Source: an uncultured Acidobacteriota bacterium | Lineage (GTDB): Bacteria > Acidobacteriota > Thermoanaerobaculia > Multivoradales > UBA5704 | Direction: 5' to 3' | Assembly: GCA_963770895.1 (NCBI GenBank) | Contig: CAVYRF010000002.1 | Span: 2,464,001 to 2,528,000 of the forward strand | Length of the DNA: 64,000 bases | Shown: positions 59,017-64,000 of the stretch, piece by piece | Layout of the letters: each line of letters begins with the position of its first letter | How positions within the stretch are numbered: position 1 is the first letter of the stretch | Notes under the pieces: model-generated | The model's input: the letters and a program-made list of their open reading frames with translations, nothing else | What the model was told of the DNA's origin: nothing | The model's database searches: none | Made by a program: the position numbers and the translations under genes

Positions 59017-62000
59017 ATGCCACAGGTGTGGATCGTCCATCCGGCGCTGGCGGCGGCGCCGGGGTCGCACGGCGTGCCGGCTGAGCGGAGAGCGGTGGGG
59101 ATCGCGGGTGGTGATCGGCTCACCGATCGGCAGCGGCTGGCGGTCGTGCTGCAAGGCGCCGGTTTGCTGTCGTTGCTGGAGCGGGCTGGGTGGGGACTGG
59201 TCGATGGATGGGCTGGCGCGACGGTGGCGGCTGGCGGTGTGCTGAGCGTGCCGCGGGACGCGGTGGGGGTGCGACGGCCGGATCGCATGGTGCAGACCCT
59301 GTTGCGCGATCTGCTGCTGTGTCTGTTTGGCGGCGGCGGTGTGGCTGGGATCGCGGTCGCGGATGCCGCGATGGAAGCGACTGGCGGGATGTTGGCGGGA
59401 CGGGGCGGTGCCCGGCGCGCGGCGCGCGGTTTGTACGGCGCGTGGCGGCAGGTGATCGTGCCGGTGTCCGCCGACGTGGCAGTAGTCGCGATTCTGGAAG
59501 CAGCGCCGTTTTTGTGGGAGCCGGCACATGCGGCCGCGCGGCGTGGACTGGCGGGGGAGCTGGGCGATGCGGCGGGGGCGACCGCCCTCTGGGTGGCCGG
59601 TCCCAGTGCCGGTCGGGCGCGCCTGCTGGCAGGTTGTAACCGCCTATCGGAGGTGAGCGACCGGCTGGCCGGCGGCGACGCGCGCGGCTGGTGGGGCGGT
59701 CCGGCGCCCGCTATCGGGGGCGGCAGCGACCTTACCATCGGGCAGGTTACCGCGCTGCCGCGTCAGGCTCCGGCGCCGCGCCGGGCGCAGCCGGTCGGCG
59801 AAGCGGAGCGTTTGCAGGTGGCCGCGGCGCTGTTCGGTCGGGGGAGGTTCCTGGCGGCGTTGGCGGTGCTCGATGGCGCCCGGTCGGGGGGTGCGCGGCT
59901 GCTGCGGGTGCGCTGTCAGGTTCAGCTGGGCAGGCTCGGCGCCGCAATGTTGGGTTTGCGACGGCTGGAAACAGCGGTGCTGTCGAAGGCGGAAACGATC
60001 GAAGCGGCGGAGACGGCGGTGCGGGTCCTTGCCAATCGTGGCGAGCCGGCGCCGGTGGATCGCTGGGTGGCGCGGGTGCTGGCGATCGGCGATCGCGGCA
60101 GCCGGGCGGAGCAGGCTCGCGGGCACCTGGTCGCGGCGCTTGCGGCGTGGGACCGCCAGCAAATCGCGGCGATGGATGAGCATCTTGCGGCGGCGCGCGC
60201 CTGCGGTGAAGGGTTGCCGGTCGGTCTGCGCGACGTGGGGTGGCGGTGGCACCACGCCTGCGGGTTGCGGGCGATGGCCGCGGCGGATGGCAAGGCGGTG
60301 GTGCTCCACCTGGAGCGCGCGCTGGGCGACAGCCGCCGCGGCCTGGCCCTGCACGAGGCGGCGGGGTTGTGGAACGACCTGGGGATCGGTCGCGTGCAGA
60401 TCGGCGACCTGGCGCGGGCGGAGCGGGCCTTCCTGCACGCGCAGCGCCTGTTCGCACGCTGCGACGGGCCGCGGCGGACGACGCTCGCACTGCTCAACCT
60501 GGCGGAGGTGCGGCTGCGGCGCGGGCGCACCCTGGGCGTGGCCGAGATCCTGGCGCAGTCGTCGGCGGAAAACCGGCGCGCCGGGAACGTCCGTGGCGAC
60601 ACCCAGGACGCCGAGCTGTGGATGCGGCTGGCATTGGTGCAAGGCCGGTGCGACCAGGCCGTCCAGCTGGGCCGGGCGGCGTTGGAGCGCCTGGGCCGCC
60701 GGCGCCTGTCCTGGCGCCGGGACGTGCTGGCGATCCTGATGGCGCGCGCTCTCGGCTGGTTGGAGCGCGCGGCGGAGGCGGCGACGGAGCTGACCGGAAC
60801 TTCCACCCCGGCGGTGGCCGAGCTCGAACCGGAAGAGCGGCCGGCGCTGTGGGCGCACGCCGGCGACCGCGCGGCGGCGATCAGCGCGGCGGCGGTGCTG
60901 CCGCCCGGCATCGCGGCGCTATGGCGGGCGGCGCTGGCGGGCCAGCCGGCGCCCCCCGACGCCTGGGCGGCGCTCGACGGGATCGAGTGCTTTCGTGCGG
61001 CGCGGCTGCTGTTCGACCTGGAACGGGCCGCCGCTGCCGCCGGCGGCCCCTGTCTTGCTTCCTCCGAGCGATGCGCTGCAGCCGCTGCCACCCTGCGCGA
61101 GGTGGGTGCCGGCATTCTGGCCGACTGGCTGGCGTCGCGAGCGGCCGAACCCTGGGAGGCGCTCGGCCGGTATGCGGCGGCTCCGGCCGGCGATTCGAAA
61201 GCCCTCGCCGAGCTCCTGCGGCGAGCCGGCGGCGCCACCGCTCGCCTGACATGGATCCCCAGCGCGCCAGACGACGGCTGTGAGGCGGCGCCGGCGGGCG
61301 ACGGCCGCGGTGCGCTTCTCGCGGGTGGCGGTGGCGCGGCGTCGCAGGTGGGCGAAGGTGGCGTGGTGCCGCTTGTGGGTGACGGTCGCGGTGCGACGCT
61401 TGTGGGCGACGGCTATGGGGCGCTACTTGTGGGCGACGGTTTCGGTGCGCCACTTGCGCGCGACGGCGGTGCTGCGCCGCAGGTGGACAGAGCCCGCGGT
61501 GCGCTGCCGGCGGGCGATGGCCGCGCGACGCCGCGGGCGATCGACCAGGTCTGCCAGCCTGGTTTCGATCAACCGGCTGGACTTGTAAAACAGGTTGCGG
61601 GCGGCAGGTGGGAGCTGCGCGGTTGTGCGCCCGGCGCGGCGGTGAGCGCCTGCTTTGCACTTGCGATTCGCGATCTGGATGCCGGACCGGTGGCGGCCGG
61701 GGCGCGGGCTGTGGGCGCGGCGGGCGGGCCGGATACGCCGGACGGTGTGGCGCCTCCCGGCCGGCGGCGTGCCGACGACGTCGGCGGGGGTGCGCATGCC
61801 GTGGCGATTGCCGCGGGTTTGATTGGATCACATCCGGTTTGGCGCACGGCGATGGAGCGGCTGGGGAGAGTGGCGACGGCGGTCGACCTGCCGGTTTTGA
61901 TTCAAGGTGAAAGCGGCACCGGCAAGGAGCTGGCGGCGCGCGCGATCCACCGCGCCAGCTCGCGGGCGAGCGGGCCGTTTCTGGCGGTCAACTGCGCCGC

Positions 62001-62724
62001 CCTGGCGGAGTCGCTGCTGCTGTCGGATCTATTCGGCCACGTGCGCGGCGCGTTCACCGGCGCCGACCGCGACCGGGCAGGTGTGTTCGAAGCGGCGCAA
62101 GGCGGCACGGTGCTGCTCGACGAGATCGGCGATCTGCCGCTGGCGGCGCAGGGTTTGCTATTGCGCGTGCTGCAGGAGCGAGAGGTTCGCCGGCTCGGCG
62201 AAAGCGTCGCACGCCGAATCGACGTGCGGGTGCTGGCTGCGACGCATTGCGATCTGGATGGCGCGGTGGCGGCGGCAACCTTCCGGCGAGACCTTTTCTA
62301 TCGTCTTAAGGTGGGCGCGGTGCTGCTGCCGCCGCTGCGGGAGCGCGGCGACGACGTGTTGGAAATCGCCGATTTTCTATTGCGGCGTGCCGCGCGGCCG
62401 GCGCCGCCGGCCGCCGTTGCGGCCGCCGCCCGTCTGAAGCTGCGCCGTCATCCCTGGCCGGGAAACGTGCGCGAGCTTGAAAACGTGCTGCGCCTGGCGA
62501 CGGCGCTGGCCGGCGGCGGCGAGATCCAATCTCACCACCTGGAGCTGGCGCCGGCTCCGACCACGGCGGCGGGTTCGTATCATCGGCAGGTCGAGCAGCT
62601 GCGCCGCCGGTTGGTGGGAGAGGCGATCGCGGCGGCCGGCGGCCGTCACGCCGAAGCGGCGCGGCGGCTTGGGCTTTCGCGTCAGGCGCTTTCGTATCTG
62701 GTGCGCGAGCTCGGTTTGCGTTGA
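59017..62724 (+). CDS. Large sigma-54-dependent transcriptional activator (TPR + AAA+ + Fis HTH)
   Basis: [45 protein letters not shown]-terminal [15 protein letters not shown]. Confidence 0.92.
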   Translation: MPQVWIVHPALAAAPGSHGVPAERRAVGIAGGDRLTDRQRLAVVLQGAGLLSLLERAGWGLVDGWAGATVAAGGVLSVPRDAVGVRRPDRMVQTLLRDLLLCLFGGGGVAGIAVADAAMEATGGMLAGRGGARRAARGLYGAWRQVIVPVSADVAVVAILEAAPFLWEPAHAAARRGLAGELGDAAGATALWVAGPSAGRARLLAGCNRLSEVSDRLAGGDARGWWGGPAPAIGGGSDLTIGQVTALPRQAPAPRRAQPVGEAERLQVAAALFGRGRFLAALAVLDGARSGGARLLRVRCQVQLGRLGAAMLGLRRLETAVLSKAETIEAAETAVRVLANRGEPAPVDRWVARVLAIGDRGSRAEQARGHLVAALAAWDRQQIAAMDEHLAAARACGEGLPVGLRDVGWRWHHACGLRAMAAADGKAVVLHLERALGDSRRGLALHEAAGLWNDLGIGRVQIGDLARAERAFLHAQRLFARCDGPRRTTLALLNLAEVRLRRGRTLGVAEILAQSSAENRRAGNVRGDTQDAELWMRLALVQGRCDQAVQLGRAALERLGRRRLSWRRDVLAILMARALGWLERAAEAATELTGTSTPAVAELEPEERPALWAHAGDRAAAISAAAVLPPGIAALWRAALAGQPAPPDAWAALDGIECFRAARLLFDLERAAAAAGGPCLASSERCAAAAATLREVGAGILADWLASRAAEPWEALGRYAAAPAGDSKALAELLRRAGGATARLTWIPSAPDDGCEAAPAGDGRGALLAGGGGAASQVGEGGVVPLVGDGRGATLVGDGYGALLVGDGFGAPLARDGGAAPQVDRARGALPAGDGRATPRAIDQVCQPGFDQPAGLVKQVAGGRWELRGCAPGAAVSACFALAIRDLDAGPVAAGARAVGAAGGPDTPDGVAPPGRRRADDVGGGAHAVAIAAGLIGSHPVWRTAMERLGRVATAVDLPVLIQGESGTGKELAARAIHRASSRASGPFLAVNCAALAESLLLSDLFGHVRGAFTGADRDRAGVFEAAQGGTVLLDEIGDLPLAAQGLLLRVLQEREVRRLGESVARRIDVRVLAATHCDLDGAVAAATFRRDLFYRLKVGAVLLPPLRERGDDVLEIADFLLRRAARPAPPAAVAAAARLKLRRHPWPGNVRELENVLRLATALAGGGEIQSHHLELAPAPTTAAGSYHRQVEQLRRRLVGEAIAAAGGRHAEAARRLGLSRQALSYLVRELGLR
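61291..61533 (+). repeat. Nine degenerate 27-bp (9-aa) in-frame repeats
   Basis: [81 protein letters not shown]. Confidence 0.8.
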
Positions 62725-62758
62725 TCGTCGGCGCCGGCAAGGCGCGGGCCGGCGCCGG

Positions 62759-63268
62759 TCAGGTGCGCGACGTCGTGGCGACGCGGACGTCGAGATAGGC
62801 ACGCAGGTGCTCTACCACCTGCTCCAGCCCGGCGCGATCCTCGTCGTCAAAGGCTGCAAGCGCGTGCGAATCGACGTCGAGCACCGCGATCAGCTCGCCG
62901 TCGCGATCGAAAACGGGCACCACGATTTCGGAACGCGCCGCCTGGTCGCAAGCCATGTGTCCGGGAAACTGGTGCACGTCGGGTACGACCTGGGTCGACC
63001 GCGCGGTGGCGGCGGCGCCGCATACGCCGCGGTGGAAAGGGATCTCCAGGCAACCGATCGGTCCCTGGTAGGGTCCGATGCGCAGCAGCTGCGGCGCCAC
63101 GCGGCGATAGAAACCGGTCCAGCTGCTATAGGGCAGACGCTGGTGCAGCAGGCAGGCGCAGGTAGCCATCGCCGCGACGTCATCGGCGATCCCTTCCAGC
63201 ACTGCGTCCAGATCGCGTACGGCCTCCGCATAGAGGGCGCGCTTGTCGAGTTTCTCTGGTGTCTCCAT
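62759..63268 (-). CDS. msrC: GAF-domain free methionine-(R)-sulfoxide reductase-like protein
   Basis: WTGFY, GPYQGPIGC, GVCG, DVHQFPGHMACD, SEIVVP, LDVDS. Confidence 0.88.
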   Translation of the reverse strand: METPEKLDKRALYAEAVRDLDAVLEGIADDVAAMATCACLLHQRLPYSSWTGFYRRVAPQLLRIGPYQGPIGCLEIPFHRGVCGAAATARSTQVVPDVHQFPGHMACDQAARSEIVVPVFDRDGELIAVLDVDSHALAAFDDEDRAGLEQVVEHLRAYLDVRVATTSRT

Positions 63269-63425
63269 GGCCTGATTGTACGCCACAAATCCGCCTCTGC
63301 CGCGGGCTGCCGCGCTGCCCGGCGCCGCCTCGCGCGGTGGCTTCGATCAGTGGCGGCGCGTGGTTGCGATCGCCGGGGCATGAATCAATCGCCCGGTGCC
63401 GTCGAGGTTATCTTGCTCCCTGCTA

Positions 63426-63454
63426 TTGACTTGTAACGGCAGGTTTTTGATAAT
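63426..63454 (+). promoter_or_regulatory. Sigma-70-type promoter
   Basis: TTGACT-17-GATAAT in an AT-rich patch upstream of an AGGAGG RBS. Confidence 0.65.
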
Positions 63455-63556
63455 GCTCCGGGGTTATTAAGGCTCAGATACCGATTCCCCGACCATTTCC
63501 CGACGCTTTCTCGAACCCTCGCACCCGCAGTCGACATAGGAGGCACCAAGAAAAAC

Positions 63557-64000
63557 ATGGCTGAATCTCAGGGGACGGAGCGACGCGACGCTGCGGCGGC
63601 CGAATCAAAGCTGCTCACGCTGTCGGAAGTCTCGCACAAGACCAACATCTCGATGCCGACGCTGCAGCGCTACAAGAAGACGTATCAGGATCGCATCCCG
63701 TCGGTGGGGAGCGGCCGCAAGCAGCGGTATCCCGAGCACTCTCTTGCGGTGTTCGAAGAGCTGCGCAGCGAAAACGCAAGCAAGCGCGGCCGGCCGCGTA
63801 AGAACGCCGCCGCCGACTCGGGCGCCGCGCCCAAGCGGGGTGCCGCAAAGGGGCGCCGCGCCGCCGCCGGTCGTCGTGGCGCCGCCAGTGCTAGCAAGGC
63901 TGCCGCCGCCGCCCGCCGCGCGCCCGCCGCTGCCGCCACCCGCCGCGGTGCCGCCAAGGGCCGTCGCGCTGTCGGCCGTCCCGCCGCCGCCGCCCGTGGC
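63557..64000 (+). CDS. MerR/excisionase-like HTH protein with AT-hook and histone-like tail (partial, absent from the ORF track)
   Basis: Manual translation MAESQG..LLTLSEVSHKTNISMPTLQRYKK..IPSVGSGRKQRYP..KRGRPRK then Ala/Arg/Lys/Gly repeats. Confidence 0.85.
   Translation, partial: MAESQGTERRDAAAAESKLLTLSEVSHKTNISMPTLQRYKKTYQDRIPSVGSGRKQRYPEHSLAVFEELRSENASKRGRPRKNAAADSGAAPKRGAAKGRRAAAGRRGAASASKAAAAARRAPAAAATRRGAAKGRRAVGRPAAAARG

Overview
Very GC-rich bacterial DNA. The gene complement (rny-ymdB, GWxTD lipoprotein, zinc-finger/TPR protein, stand-alone NRPS accessory genes) suggests an Acidobacteriota lineage, possibly Thermoanaerobaculia-like; this is inference. Most of the window is housekeeping and envelope backbone: pheT end, pyrD, zapA-6S RNA-rny-ymdB, tlyA-nadK-tamB-tamA/bamA, ribBA, folE, fabH, UDP-sugar genes, Mla-like ABC, plsC, mrp, lpxH-like, aroA. 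A lower-GC accessory block (about 15.3-24.0 kb) holds a PD-(D/E)XK-like gene and a nested mobile element. There, a 1,264-bp IS3 element is interrupted by (i) a 4.7-kb cargo-carrying IS1595-family transposon with 24-bp TIRs and an 8-bp TSD, which itself carries an ISAzo13 remnant and a SymE-like fragment, and (ii) an IS5/IS1182-like element in a CTAG target. Best candidate for an undescribed system: a small secreted pre-pro-peptide gene directly upstream of a zinc-finger + TPR protein (54.3-56.2 kb), resembling a peptide/receptor signalling cassette. Other oddities: an atypical ClpX-like ATPase, a STAND-derived sigma-54 activator with a 9-aa repeat insert, a MerR-HTH/AT-hook/histone-like protein, a kynB-diiron protein-dehydrogenase operon and an orphan MbtH-TEII-PPTase trio. 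All calls come from motifs read by eye; no database search was run.
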